This document shows positions 10,082 to 19,308 of a stretch of DNA of 41,239 nucleotides, one piece after another. The stretch lies in contig CAIMLY010000120.1 of NCBI GenBank assembly GCA_903842425.1, forward strand, positions 1-41,239, in the 5' to 3' direction. Source of the DNA: an uncultured Alphaproteobacteria bacterium (GTDB lineage: Bacteria > Pseudomonadota > Alphaproteobacteria > Caulobacterales > Caulobacteraceae). Numbering within the stretch: the first letter of the stretch is position 1; every line of letters starts with the position of its first letter. The notes under the pieces are model-generated. The model saw only the letters and a list, made by a program, of their open reading frames with translations, was not told the DNA's origin and did no database searches. Position numbers and translations under genes: made by a program.

Positions 10082-10852
10082 TCAGGCGTCGTAGCCCGGC
10101 ATCTCGCGATCCAGCTTCCGCAGGCATCCGGGCCAGCCCAGCTTGCCGCCGATCCCGCGTCCCACCTGCCGGCGGACTTCCTCCTGCGCCGCCTCCGGGG
10201 CGATCAGGACATTCTCGCGGCCGCAGGACAGGGCCATGACCTGCTGCTTGCAGGCGCGCTCGAGGAAGAACATGCCGTTCCAGCACTCTGCGGCGCTCTC
10301 GCCCAGGGCCAGGGTGCCATGGTTGCGCAGCAGCATCAGGCTCTTGTCGCCAAGGTCCGCCACCAGCCGCTCGCGTTCGTCCAGGTTCAGGGCGATGCCC
10401 TCGTAGTCGTGGTAGGCCAGGTGCGGCAGGCAGATCAGCGAGTGCTGGGAGAGGGGCAGCAGCCCCTCCTTCTGCGACGACACCGCCGCACCCTGGTCCG
10501 AGTGCAGGTGCATCACGAAGTGGGCGTCCTCGCGGTTCATGTGCACCGCCGAGTGGATGGTGAAGCCCGCTGGATTGATGAAGTAGGGCGTCTCCTGGAG
10601 GATGTTTCCCTCCACGTCGATGCGCACCAGGGACGAGGCCGTGATCTCGTCGAACAGCATGCCGTAGGGATTGATCAGGAAGTGATGCTCGGGCCCGGGG
10701 ATCCGGGCCGAGATGTGGGTGTAGATCATGTCGTCCCACCCATGCAGCGCCGCCAGGCGATAGAGCGCCGCAAGATCCACGCGGGCCTGCCACTCCTCGT
10801 CGCTCACCTTGCCCTTGAGCGAGACAATGCCCGCAAGCGAACCGTCAGCCAT
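10082..10852 (-). CDS. Class II aldolase/adducin family protein
   Basis: THISARIP, GFTIHSAVH, MHLHS, LLRNHG metal-binding motifs; GGGAGG RBS. Confidence 0.93.
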   Translation of the reverse strand: MADGSLAGIVSLKGKVSDEEWQARVDLAALYRLAALHGWDDMIYTHISARIPGPEHHFLINPYGMLFDEITASSLVRIDVEGNILQETPYFINPAGFTIHSAVHMNREDAHFVMHLHSDQGAAVSSQKEGLLPLSQHSLICLPHLAYHDYEGIALNLDERERLVADLGDKSLMLLRNHGTLALGESAAECWNGMFFLERACKQQVMALSCGRENVLIAPEAAQEEVRRQVGRGIGGKLGWPGCLRKLDREMPGYDA

Positions 10853-10924
10853 GGCGGCCTCCCCTGACCTATTCCTTCGCCGAGCGTCGCCCCGGCGCGG
10901 GGAAAGGTCAAGGCCGCGGCGACG

Positions 10925-12436
10925 TCAGGCCCCGGCTCCATGGCCGGACCGGATGCGAGCTATGGCCCCCAGCCAGTCCCGGTAGGCGGCGTCAGCTTCC
11001 GGCGCGCTGAGCGCAGGGGTCAGCCGCGTGGTCCGCGGCCGCGCCGCCGCCGCCGTCTCGACGTCCGGATAGAGCCCGCATCCCAGCCCGGCGAACAGGG
11101 CTGCGCCCAGTGCGGTGGTTTCCTCGTAGGCCGCACGGCCCACCGGCGCGCCGGTGAGGTCCGAGAGCCTCTGGCAGAACCAGGCCGAGCGGGACATGCC
11201 GCCATCCACCCGCAGCTCGGAGTCCGGACCGAAGGCGCCCGGGGCGTCCTGGCGCATGGCCTCGATGAGGTCCCGGGTCTGGAAGGCGGCGGCGTCAAAG
11301 GCGGCCGCCGCGATCTCGGCCAGGCCGGTGTCCCGGGTCATCCCCAGCAGGGCGCCGCGGGCGTCCGGGTCCCACCATGGCGCGCCAAGTCCCGTGAAGG
11401 CGGGCGCGAGGATCACCCCGTGCCCGGGCCGGGCCGTCCGGGCGAGCGCCTCGACGCCCGCCCCGCCGCCAGGGACTCCCAGACCCTCGTTGACCCACTG
11501 CAGGGCGGCGCCGGCGACGAAGATCGACCCCTCGAGGGCGTAGGTCGGCGCGCCAGCGAGGCGGGCCGCCACCGTCGTCAGCAGGCGGGCCCGCGACAGG
11601 GGGGCCTCCCGGCCCGTGTTCAGGAGCATGAAGCACCCCGTGCCGTAGGTGGCCTTCATCTCGCCGGGGCGGATGCACCCCTGCCCCATCAGCGCGGCCT
11701 GCTGGTCCCCGGCGACGCCGCGGATCGCGATCGTCCCGCCAAGAATCTCCGGCAGGGTCGCACCGAAGTCGCCGGCGCAGTCCAGCACCCGCGGCAGTAT
11801 CGCCCGTGGCACCCGGAAGAGGTCCAGGAGCTCGTCCGACCAGTCCTGGGCGTGGATGTCGAAGAGCAGGGTGCGAGAGGCGTTGGTGGCGTCGGTGGCG
11901 TGCACCGCTCCGCCCGTCAACTTCCAGATCACCCAGGTGTCCATGGTTCCGGCCAGGAGCTCGCCGGCGTCCGCCCGGGCCCTCAGCCCGGGCTGGCTGT
12001 CCAGGATCCAGGCCAGCTTGGTCGCCGAGAAGTAGGGGTCCAGGAGCAGGCCTGTCAGGGCCGTCACCCGGGGTTCGGCGCCCCTCTCCCGGAGGGCCTC
12101 GCAGACCGGGGCGGTCCGGCGGTCCTGCCAGACCAGGGCCCGTCCCACCGGCTCGCCCGTGCGCCGGTCCCAGACCACAACGGTCTCGCGCTGGTTGGTG
12201 ATGCCGATCGCCGCCACGTCCGCGGCGGTCCGGCCGGCCCGCTCGAGGGCGCCGCGCAGCACCTTCACGGATGCGTCGAAGATCTCCGAGGCGTCATGCT
12301 CGACCTCCCCGTCGCCGGGATAGTGCTGGGCCAGCGGCTCGCCGAAGCTGGCGACCTCGACACCGGCCGCATCGAAGAGGATCGCCCGGGTGGAGGTGGT
12401 GCCCTGGTCCAGGCTCAGGATGAAGGGTGCTGTCAT
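10925..12436 (-). CDS. glpK: Glycerol kinase
   Basis: DQGTTSTR, GITNQRET, WQDRRT, DPYFSATK, TDATNASRT, GDQQAAL, KATYGTGCF; true start MTAPFILS at 12436. Confidence 0.95.
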   Translation of the reverse strand: MTAPFILSLDQGTTSTRAILFDAAGVEVASFGEPLAQHYPGDGEVEHDASEIFDASVKVLRGALERAGRTAADVAAIGITNQRETVVVWDRRTGEPVGRALVWQDRRTAPVCEALRERGAEPRVTALTGLLLDPYFSATKLAWILDSQPGLRARADAGELLAGTMDTWVIWKLTGGAVHATDATNASRTLLFDIHAQDWSDELLDLFRVPRAILPRVLDCAGDFGATLPEILGGTIAIRGVAGDQQAALMGQGCIRPGEMKATYGTGCFMLLNTGREAPLSRARLLTTVAARLAGAPTYALEGSIFVAGAALQWVNEGLGVPGGGAGVEALARTARPGHGVILAPAFTGLGAPWWDPDARGALLGMTRDTGLAEIAAAAFDAAAFQTRDLIEAMRQDAPGAFGPDSELRVDGGMSRSAWFCQRLSDLTGAPVGRAAYEETTALGAALFAGLGCGLYPDVETAAAARPRTTRLTPALSAPEADAAYRDWLGAIARIRSGHGAGA

Positions 12437-12560
12437 GACATGCCTCAACATTCGCTTCGGCTTACTGTATAAGTGGAAAGTCCGGCGTTTGCGCTGGCGG
12501 AGGGGTCCGGGCGAAATGCTGGCGTCTCCTGAGGAACAGGGCACCTGCGGAGAAGTCTCA

Positions 12561-13670
12561 TTGGGCGACAGGGTGGACGAGATCATGTCCCTCGCCAAGA
12601 GCCGCGAGGTCGCGGATCGCGAACGGCTGCTGATCCGCCTGGTCGACCTCTGTGACGGGAATTCCCAGGAACTGCACGCCCCCCGCGTCCAGACGCTTCT
12701 CTCCCAGGTCTTCTTCGACCTGGTGTTCCAGGCCGAGTACGACATCCGTCTGCGCCTGGCCGACAAGATCGCCACGGCCGACTGGGCGCCCTCCGCCCTG
12801 ATCAACATCCTGTCCTTTGACGACATCGAGATCGCCAGGCCCATCATTGCACGCAGCCCGATCCTCAAGGACCCGGACCTCGTCCGGATCCTGGTGGAGG
12901 CGACCCTCGAGCACCAGATCGAGGTCGCCCGGCGGCCCGACATCAGCCCCACGGTCGTCGAGGCCATTCTCAAGGCGGCGGCCCCGGAAGTGATGACCGC
13001 CCTGGTCGAGAACGAAAGCGCACAGGTCTCGCAGGACCACCTCTACGAACTCGTCCAGAAGGCCGAGCAGGTCGCTGCCCTCCATTCGCCCCTCACCCTT
13101 CATCCCGGGCTGAACGATGAACTGGCCGGCTACCTCTACGCCTGGGTGGGCGAGACCCTGCGAAAGTCCCTGGCGACGAGGTTCGACCTCGACACCCGGG
13201 CCCTCGACCGGGCGCTCAACCAGTCTGTCCGCGAGGCGAAGGCCGGCGCCCAGACCGGCGCCCGGATGCAGTCCATGGGCCCCACGGAGACGGATGAGGA
13301 ACGGGCGGACCGCCAGCTCGTGTCCAAGCTGGACATGTCCGGCCAACTCCGGCCGGGGATCCTGCTGAAGGCCCTGAAGGAGCGCAGGCTCTCCCTGTTC
13401 GTCGCGGCCCTGGCGGCCCTCGGCCGGTTCGAGATCCACGACATCCGCAAGTCCATCGACGCCCGCAGGCCGGAACTGCTGGCGCTGGCCTGCGCCGCCG
13501 TCGGCGTGGACCGGACGGTCTTTCCCACCCTCCTGTCGCAGGTTCGCAACCTCAACCGGGGACTTCCCGAGGGCGGTGGGGAGGAAGACCGGCGGGCTCT
13601 CAAGGCCTTCAGCCAGCTCAGCGCCAGCGCCGCGGCGACCTCGTTCCGCAAGTCGATCACCGCGTTCTGA
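12561..13670 (+). CDS. DUF2336 domain protein
   Basis: [21 protein letters not shown] and HQIEVARR pattern typical of DUF2336. TTG 12561 chosen because GGAG lies 8 nt upstream; ATG 12516 is an alternative. Confidence 0.8.
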   Translation: MGDRVDEIMSLAKSREVADRERLLIRLVDLCDGNSQELHAPRVQTLLSQVFFDLVFQAEYDIRLRLADKIATADWAPSALINILSFDDIEIARPIIARSPILKDPDLVRILVEATLEHQIEVARRPDISPTVVEAILKAAAPEVMTALVENESAQVSQDHLYELVQKAEQVAALHSPLTLHPGLNDELAGYLYAWVGETLRKSLATRFDLDTRALDRALNQSVREAKAGAQTGARMQSMGPTETDEERADRQLVSKLDMSGQLRPGILLKALKERRLSLFVAALAALGRFEIHDIRKSIDARRPELLALACAAVGVDRTVFPTLLSQVRNLNRGLPEGGGEEDRRALKAFSQLSASAAATSFRKSITAF

Positions 13671-13681
13671 GGGACCGCCCC

Positions 13682-14467
13682 TTGACCCCTCCCTCTCCGC
13701 CTGGACCGCCCAGGCTGGCCTTTCTGAGCAGTGACCGGCCCGAGGCCACGGAAGCCCGCCGCAGGCTCTCGGAGCGTTACGGGGAAGTCGCACCCGAGGC
13801 GGCGGACGTCATCGTGGCGCTGGGGGGCGATGGCTTCATGCTGGAGGTCCTTCACCTCCCGCTGGCCCGTCGGGTTCCGATCTACGGCATGAACCGGGGG
13901 TCGGTAGGCTTCCTGATGAACGACTTCGATGAAGAGGACCTCCTGCCCCGGATCGCGGCGGCGGAGCGTGCCGAGATCCATCCCCTGGTCATGACGGCGA
14001 CGGACTCGGCGGGACAGCACTTCACGGCGATGGCGGTGAACGAGGTGTCCATGCTGCGGCAGACCCGCCAGACCGCCAAGCTCCGGATTCTCATCGACGG
14101 CACCGAGCGGCTGGCGGAACTCTCGTGTGACGGAGCCCTGGTGGCGACCCCCGCCGGCTCCACCGCCTACAACCTTTCCGCGCACGGCCCGATCATTCCC
14201 CTTGAGGCGCGGGTCCTGGCCCTGACGCCGATCAGCGCCTTCCGGCCGCGCCGTTGGCGCGGGGCCCTCCTCCCGCACACCGCCCAGGTCTGCTTCGAAG
14301 TCCTGGAACCGGACAAGAGGCCTGTCAGTGCGGTGGCCGATAACTTCGAGGTCCGGGACGTGGCCGTGGTGCAGGTGGCCGAGGACCGCGAGACCTCCAT
14401 GACCATGCTCTTCGATGCCGGGCGGAGCCTGCAGGAACGCGTGCTTGCGGAACAGTTTTCCGTCTGA
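13682..14467 (+). CDS. nadK: NAD kinase
   Basis: [43 protein letters not shown]. Confidence 0.95.
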   Translation: MTPPSPPGPPRLAFLSSDRPEATEARRRLSERYGEVAPEAADVIVALGGDGFMLEVLHLPLARRVPIYGMNRGSVGFLMNDFDEEDLLPRIAAAERAEIHPLVMTATDSAGQHFTAMAVNEVSMLRQTRQTAKLRILIDGTERLAELSCDGALVATPAGSTAYNLSAHGPIIPLEARVLALTPISAFRPRRWRGALLPHTAQVCFEVLEPDKRPVSAVADNFEVRDVAVVQVAEDRETSMTMLFDAGRSLQERVLAEQFSV

Positions 14468-14482
14468 TGGGCTGCACGGGTC

Positions 14483-14489
14483 GTTAACC
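14483..14489. promoter_or_regulatory. Possible CtrA half-site
   Basis: GTTAACC in the nadK-Hpt intergenic gap; no second half-site at N7 spacing. Confidence 0.35.
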
Positions 14490-14540
14490 GCCCTGCATTA
14501 GTGTTGGTGTTGCTCTTCATCCCCGGCAACAGGACTGCCC

Positions 14541-14981
14541 ATGTCGTCCGCCAGCAACAGACGCATCCGGATCGATCCAGACGCCGTGGCCCGCGCTGAG
14601 GCGGCCCTGGCCGCCATGTCGGTCAACTTCGAGGACTGGCTCAAGGCCGAGATCACGCGGCTCGAGAGCGCCATGGCCCTCGTAAAGTCAGACAGCCGGT
14701 CCGACACCAGCATGGAGGCCCTCTACCACCGGGCCCATGACCTGAAGGGCCTGGGCTCCACCTACGGGTACCCGATCATCACCCGGATCGCGGGAACCCT
14801 GTGTCGCCTGATTGACACCAACGACAAGCGACGCCTGTCCCCCCTTCCCCTGGTCGAGGTTCATGTCGAGGCCATCAAGGCCGCATCCCGGAACCAGATC
14901 CGGACCGACGAGGATCCGGTCGGCCGGGCCCTCGTCGATGAGCTTGAGGCCAAGGTCGAGGCCTTCGATCCCGAGGGCTGA
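14541..14981 (+). CDS. Stand-alone Hpt (histidine phosphotransfer) domain protein
   Basis: RAHDLKGLGSTYGY motif, all-helical pattern, AGGA RBS. Confidence 0.85.
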   Translation: MSSASNRRIRIDPDAVARAEAALAAMSVNFEDWLKAEITRLESAMALVKSDSRSDTSMEALYHRAHDLKGLGSTYGYPIITRIAGTLCRLIDTNDKRRLSPLPLVEVHVEAIKAASRNQIRTDEDPVGRALVDELEAKVEAFDPEG

Positions 14982-14989
14982 GGCCGCCC

Positions 14990-15775
14990 CTACATGACCC
15001 GGTCGAGGGGCTCGGCGACATCGCCGTAGCCGGCCTCCACGGGCAGGGTCAGGACCTTTCCGCCAGGTCGCTCCTCGATCCTGGGCTGGACCGTCACCAG
15101 GGTGCGCCCCCTCGCCCGGGCCAGGCAGTCCTCGGCGCTGCTCGCCTCGGCCAGCAACTGGACATTCATGCGCGTCGGGAAGATCACCTTGCGGGCGCCG
15201 CTGTCCGCCAGGCTGAGCACCTCGCGCGGGGCGATCCACTCGGCGTCGACGGTCTCGCGACCATCGCAGGCGGCGAGCTGGTCCCCGGGCGCCTTGACCG
15301 CGTAGAACCAGGTGTCGAAGCGCTTTGGCGTCAGGGGCGGCGTGATCCAGCGGGCGAAGACCGTCAGTGAGGTCAGGTCCAGCCGGACCCCGAGGTCCCG
15401 GACCACGTCCAGGAAGGCGAGGTCGCCGGAGTCCACCGCCTTGCGGATGTCCATGGGCGCGGCCTCGCCTCGGAACATCTCCCCGTCCGGGGTCCGGGCC
15501 AGGAGGATTCCCGCCTCCTCGAACACCTCCCGGATGGCGGCGATGCGAAGGGGTCTCTGGACCTCGTCAAAGTCCGAGAAGCCCAGGGCGTACTGTGACC
15601 AGGCCTCGGCGTGGTCCCGCTCGTGGCTCTTGCCGCCGGGAAAGACCAGGGCGCCGGAGGCAAAGTCGATCTGATGGTGCCGCTTGACCATCAGGACTTC
15701 GAAGCCGGGATCATCCCTCAGGAGCAGGATGGTCGCCGCGGGCTTGATGGCGCTGTCGGGGGCGATGTCTGTCAT
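14990..15775 (-). CDS. NUDIX hydrolase (Nudt19-like)
   Basis: AATILLLRD, VFPGG, AAIREVFEEAG, WITP..KRFDTWFY; start MTDIAP at 15775. Confidence 0.88.
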   Translation of the reverse strand: MTDIAPDSAIKPAATILLLRDDPGFEVLMVKRHHQIDFASGALVFPGGKSHERDHAEAWSQYALGFSDFDEVQRPLRIAAIREVFEEAGILLARTPDGEMFRGEAAPMDIRKAVDSGDLAFLDVVRDLGVRLDLTSLTVFARWITPPLTPKRFDTWFYAVKAPGDQLAACDGRETVDAEWIAPREVLSLADSGARKVIFPTRMNVQLLAEASSAEDCLARARGRTLVTVQPRIEERPGGKVLTLPVEAGYGDVAEPLDRVM

Positions 15776-15826
15776 GTCGTCATGATGGGACGACCGACCG
15801 CTGGCTGGCAAGTCCGCCGCGGCGGC

Positions 15827-16942
15827 TCAGGCGGAACGCGCCAGGGGCGCCTCGCCCGAGCCCCGCTGTTGGTCAACCCGCTCCAGGAGGTAGACGAGGT
15901 CTTCCTGCAACACGTTGAACTCGACCGCGTCGCTGCTCAGGAAGCGCTCAAGCATGAGGGTCTGGAGACGGACCCGGTCGAGCGCCCCGCCTTCGTTCTC
16001 CAGCGCCCGCCAGGCGTCCACGCCGGCCCTGAAGGCGGGATAGAGTCGCATGGGCAGGTCCGCCTTCTCATAGACGGCCCGCAGCCCGAGGGGCCCCGCA
16101 TCGTGGATCATGAGCCGGGCCCGCCGGTGCGGAACCCGGGCCAGCTCGGCGAGGCCATGCTCGAGAAAGGCCATGTGGCCGTTGGCCAGGGCGCGCAGCA
16201 GCAGGGAAGGCGTCAGGCGATCGTTCTGCTTCAGGTGCGAGGTGAACCGGGCGGGGTCGCCGCTGAGGCCGGCCTGGTCCACCAGGTCGATCGTCGCCCT
16301 CTCGTAGGCGCCAAGGGCAATGGCGACGGCGATATCCGGGGGGATCTCGTGATGGCTGACCAGGTGGTCGAGGACCGTATCGCTGACCAGCTTGACCAGT
16401 TTCTCCGTCACGGAGAGCGGCAGGGTCCTGCGGTAGGCCACCGCGCTGAGTAAGGCGTCGACGCGCGGGAAGCGCTCGATCACGCGCTGCAGGCAGTGTT
16501 CGGGGATCTCGGCGTTGTCGTTGGCGCAAACCGCCTCGATGGCCCGGCGGACGCCGTGGTCGATGATGGACTCCGCCACGCTGTTTGAGACGAAGGAACG
16601 CTTTGCGATCACCACCTGACGGGCCGGCCCACCCACCCGGACGATCTCAGCCAGGTCCGCGTCGGTGAAGGCTGGCGAAGCCGAGAGGATCGGGAGGGAG
16701 ACGCTGTCGACATCCCTGGCCAGCTTCAGGGCGATGTGGCGGGGCACCGCAGGCGAGGCCTTCAGGGTCACGGCCAGGGCGCGGCGCACCATTTCGCAGG
16801 CGTCGTCGGCGAGGATCGGCAGGATCTCCTCGGCCAACATCCGCCCCTCTTCGGTCAGGCGCGAACGATCAATGGTCCGGCAGACCTGCTCGGCGGCCCG
16901 GGCGCGCTCTTCCGGCGTGGCCCCTCTCAGAATGGTGCGGAT
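15827..16942 (-). CDS. DUF2336 domain protein (resembles pole-localized SpbR); start anomalous
   Basis: VRRALAVTLK, SPAFTDADL, ERATIDLVDQ, LLLRAL, HDAGPLGL. The frame stays open upstream of ATG 16840 (IRTILRGATPEERARAA) to a TGA at 16958-16960 with no ATG/GTG/TTG. The SpbR resemblance is from memory. Confidence 0.75.
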   Translation of the reverse strand: MRTILRGATPEERARAAEQVCRTIDRSRLTEEGRMLAEEILPILADDACEMVRRALAVTLKASPAVPRHIALKLARDVDSVSLPILSASPAFTDADLAEIVRVGGPARQVVIAKRSFVSNSVAESIIDHGVRRAIEAVCANDNAEIPEHCLQRVIERFPRVDALLSAVAYRRTLPLSVTEKLVKLVSDTVLDHLVSHHEIPPDIAVAIALGAYERATIDLVDQAGLSGDPARFTSHLKQNDRLTPSLLLRALANGHMAFLEHGLAELARVPHRRARLMIHDAGPLGLRAVYEKADLPMRLYPAFRAGVDAWRALENEGGALDRVRLQTLMLERFLSSDAVEFNVLQEDLVYLLERVDQQRGSGEAPLARSA

Positions 16943-17026
16943 GACCGCCTCCCAAAATCACTCGGGCGGTCCACATTCGATGGACCGCAGGAACTTTCCA
17001 GCGCCATCATTAATGTCGCATCAGGT

Positions 17027-17041
17027 TTAACGAAATTTTAC
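17027..17041 (-). promoter_or_regulatory. Near-consensus CtrA box upstream of the DUF2336 gene
   Basis: TTAA-cgaaatt-TTAC (one mismatch to TTAA-N7-TTAA), plus an extra TTAA at 17010-17013, in an AT-rich intergenic gap. Confidence 0.65.
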
Positions 17042-17105
17042 CGCGGACCGATGGGCGATTCGTGGGAGAAAACGCCGCAACAGGCCGCCAGGAGAGAACG
17101 AAGAT

Positions 17106-18302
17106 ATGCTTCTTAAGGGTTTGAAAGTCATAGAATTCGCCTCCTATATCGCAGCTCCCGGCGCCGCCGGAATCCTTGGGGACTGGGGGGCCGACGTGAT
17201 CAAGGTGGAGCGCCCTGAAGGCGATCCCATGCGTCACGTCTTCGCCGACACCAAGAATGCCGTGGCCGGGAACCCGACCTTCGCGGTGGACAACCGGGGC
17301 AAGCGCGCCGTGGTCCTGGACATCTCCAAGAGCGAGGGGCGGGACGCCCTGGCGCGGCTGGCCGCCACGGCGGACGTCTTCCTGACGAACGTCCGCCCCG
17401 CCGCGCTGAAGCGGGCGGGCCTCGACGAGGCTTCCCTGCGCCGGGAAAATCCTCGCCTGGTCTACGCCATGGTGACCGGCTACGGCCTCGAGGGGCCGGA
17501 CGCCCACCTGCCGGGCTTCGACGTCACCGCCTTCTGGGCCCGCTCCGGGGTCGCCCGGATGCACGCGCCGAAGGGGACGGATCCCTTCATCCTGCGCACC
17601 GGGGTCGGGGACCACACCACCTCCATGGCCACGGTCTCTGCCATTCTCGCCGCCCTCTATGAGCGTGAGCAGACCGGAAAGGGACGGCTGGTCCAGACCT
17701 CCCTCCTCGCCACGGGCGTCTACACCGTCTCTTCGGACATGGCTGTCCAGCTCGCCTTCGGCCGCCTCGCCTCCAATCGCCCCCGGACGGACCCCTTCGA
17801 CCCCCTGGCCAACTTCTACCGCAGCTCGGACGACCACTGGTTCGTCCTCAACCCCCGTGGCGGGGGCGCCGACTGGAAGGCCCTGACCCGGGCCTGCGGC
17901 CGCCCCGACCTGGCGGAGGACGAGCGGTTCGCCAGCGGCCGGTCTCGCCGGATCCACAGCGCCGCCCTGGTGCAGGAGCTCGAGACCGCCTTCGCCGCCT
18001 TCACCTTCGACGAGGTGCGGGCGCGTCTGGACGGCGAGGACCTCGTCTGGGCGCCCGTCCAGACCCCGGCGGAGGTCGTCGCCGACCCCCAGGTCGCGGC
18101 GGCTGGCGGCTGGGTCGATGTCGAGGATGGCCAGGGCGGGAGTTTCCGGTCTCCCGCTGCACCCGCCCGCTTTCCGGGCGCCGACCAGCCGGTCCGCCCC
18201 GCCCCTCCGGCGCTGGGCGAGCACACCCGCCAGGTCCTTGCCGAGCTGGGCTATCCTGAAAGTGAAATCGAGGCCCTCTTCGCGAGCGGCGCCGCCGCCT
18301 AG
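17106..18302 (+). CDS. CaiB/BaiF family III CoA transferase
   Basis: LKGLKVIEF, GADVIKVERPEGDPMR, NRGKR, PGFD, APPALGEHT. Confidence 0.94.
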   Translation: MLLKGLKVIEFASYIAAPGAAGILGDWGADVIKVERPEGDPMRHVFADTKNAVAGNPTFAVDNRGKRAVVLDISKSEGRDALARLAATADVFLTNVRPAALKRAGLDEASLRRENPRLVYAMVTGYGLEGPDAHLPGFDVTAFWARSGVARMHAPKGTDPFILRTGVGDHTTSMATVSAILAALYEREQTGKGRLVQTSLLATGVYTVSSDMAVQLAFGRLASNRPRTDPFDPLANFYRSSDDHWFVLNPRGGGADWKALTRACGRPDLAEDERFASGRSRRIHSAALVQELETAFAAFTFDEVRARLDGEDLVWAPVQTPAEVVADPQVAAAGGWVDVEDGQGGSFRSPAAPARFPGADQPVRPAPPALGEHTRQVLAELGYPESEIEALFASGAAA

Positions 18303-18361
18303 GGGCCATCTCGGGGCGCTTCACCGCTTCCGGGACCTGGAGGCGCAGCCTGCCGATGGGC

Positions 18362-19234
18362 CTAGCCCAGGGTCGGCGTGTCTTCCGGCTTGCGGGAGGA
18401 CCCATCCGTCGCCGACGTGGCGTTCGCAAGGACCCGCAGCATTTCCGTCGAGAAGAGGGAGCCGCCCAGGCGGCCGCCCAGGCTTCCCCCGCCGCCGGAT
18501 CCGCCGAGACCGAAGTCGTCGTCCCGGCCGCCGAGGATCATGGCCATGAGGGCCTGCTGCTCGCGGCGGATCTCATCCCTGCGGCTGTCGGCGGACTGGA
18601 TGTACTCGGCCTGCTGGGTCTGGACCGGCATGACGGTCACGCCGCCAGTCCGCACGAGGTCGGCATAGACCTCCTTCACGGTGGCCGGACGGCCGCCCTT
18701 GTAGAAGATCGTCGGATTGGCCTTCGCGGCGTCCGGGAAATAGGCCGCGGCGGGCGCCATGGGCTGGGTCTCGAGCGCCTCGATCAGCCGCGCCGACCCG
18801 GCGGGGCCCAGGAAGTGGGCGGCGTAAAGCTCCCCGGCGTTGGGGTCGCGTCCGATCCGGCCCTTCAGGTAGGCGGCGTTCTGCGAGGTCAGTTCCCCCG
18901 CCATGACGGACGCGGCGTTGGCGTCCAGCCGAAGATCCATGACCGCCTGGCGGGAGCCGCCCGCGACCGTATAGCGGCCGTCCTGCCCCTGCCGGATCTG
19001 GTTGGCGTAGGCGCCATAGCCGTGCCGGTCGCCATAGGCCTTCACCGTCGCCAGCCAGGTCTGCTCGGTGAACTGGAACAGGCCGGCGGCGGAGGAGGTC
19101 GAGGCCCGGGCGGCGGGATTGAAGCTGCTTTCCCGCTGGGCCGTCTTCATCAGGTAGCCGGAATCCACCCCCGTCGCAGCGCTCGCGCGCTGGATGATGG
19201 TCTGGACGGCGGACCTGATTCCACTGATCGACAT
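18362..19234 (-). CDS. Lytic transglycosylase (SLT domain) without an obvious signal peptide
   Basis: RESS catalytic Glu motif, AAGLFQF, LYAAHFLG; Gly-rich C-terminal tail. Confidence 0.85.
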   Translation of the reverse strand: MSISGIRSAVQTIIQRASAATGVDSGYLMKTAQRESSFNPAARASTSSAAGLFQFTEQTWLATVKAYGDRHGYGAYANQIRQGQDGRYTVAGGSRQAVMDLRLDANAASVMAGELTSQNAAYLKGRIGRDPNAGELYAAHFLGPAGSARLIEALETQPMAPAAAYFPDAAKANPTIFYKGGRPATVKEVYADLVRTGGVTVMPVQTQQAEYIQSADSRRDEIRREQQALMAMILGGRDDDFGLGGSGGGGSLGGRLGGSLFSTEMLRVLANATSATDGSSRKPEDTPTLG

Positions 19235-19257
19235 GTCCCGAGGGTGTCCCGGTATGG

Positions 19258-19306
19258 TAAACGGCAGATTAACTGTGTTCGTTTACCGTAGTTAACAGTC
19301 TATTAA
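19258..19306 (-). promoter_or_regulatory. Tandem CtrA boxes upstream of the lytic transglycosylase
   Basis: Perfect GTTAA-cagtcta-TTAA at 19291-19306 and TAAA-cggcaga-TTAAC at 19258-19273. Confidence 0.8.
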
Positions 19307-19308
19307 TA

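Noticed and set aside
12390-12973. N-terminal extensions making glpK and DUF2336 overlap head to head
   Set aside because: GlpK homology starts at 12436 and DUF2336 has an RBS-supported start at 12561 (or 12516); the overlap is an artefact of longest-ORF calling.
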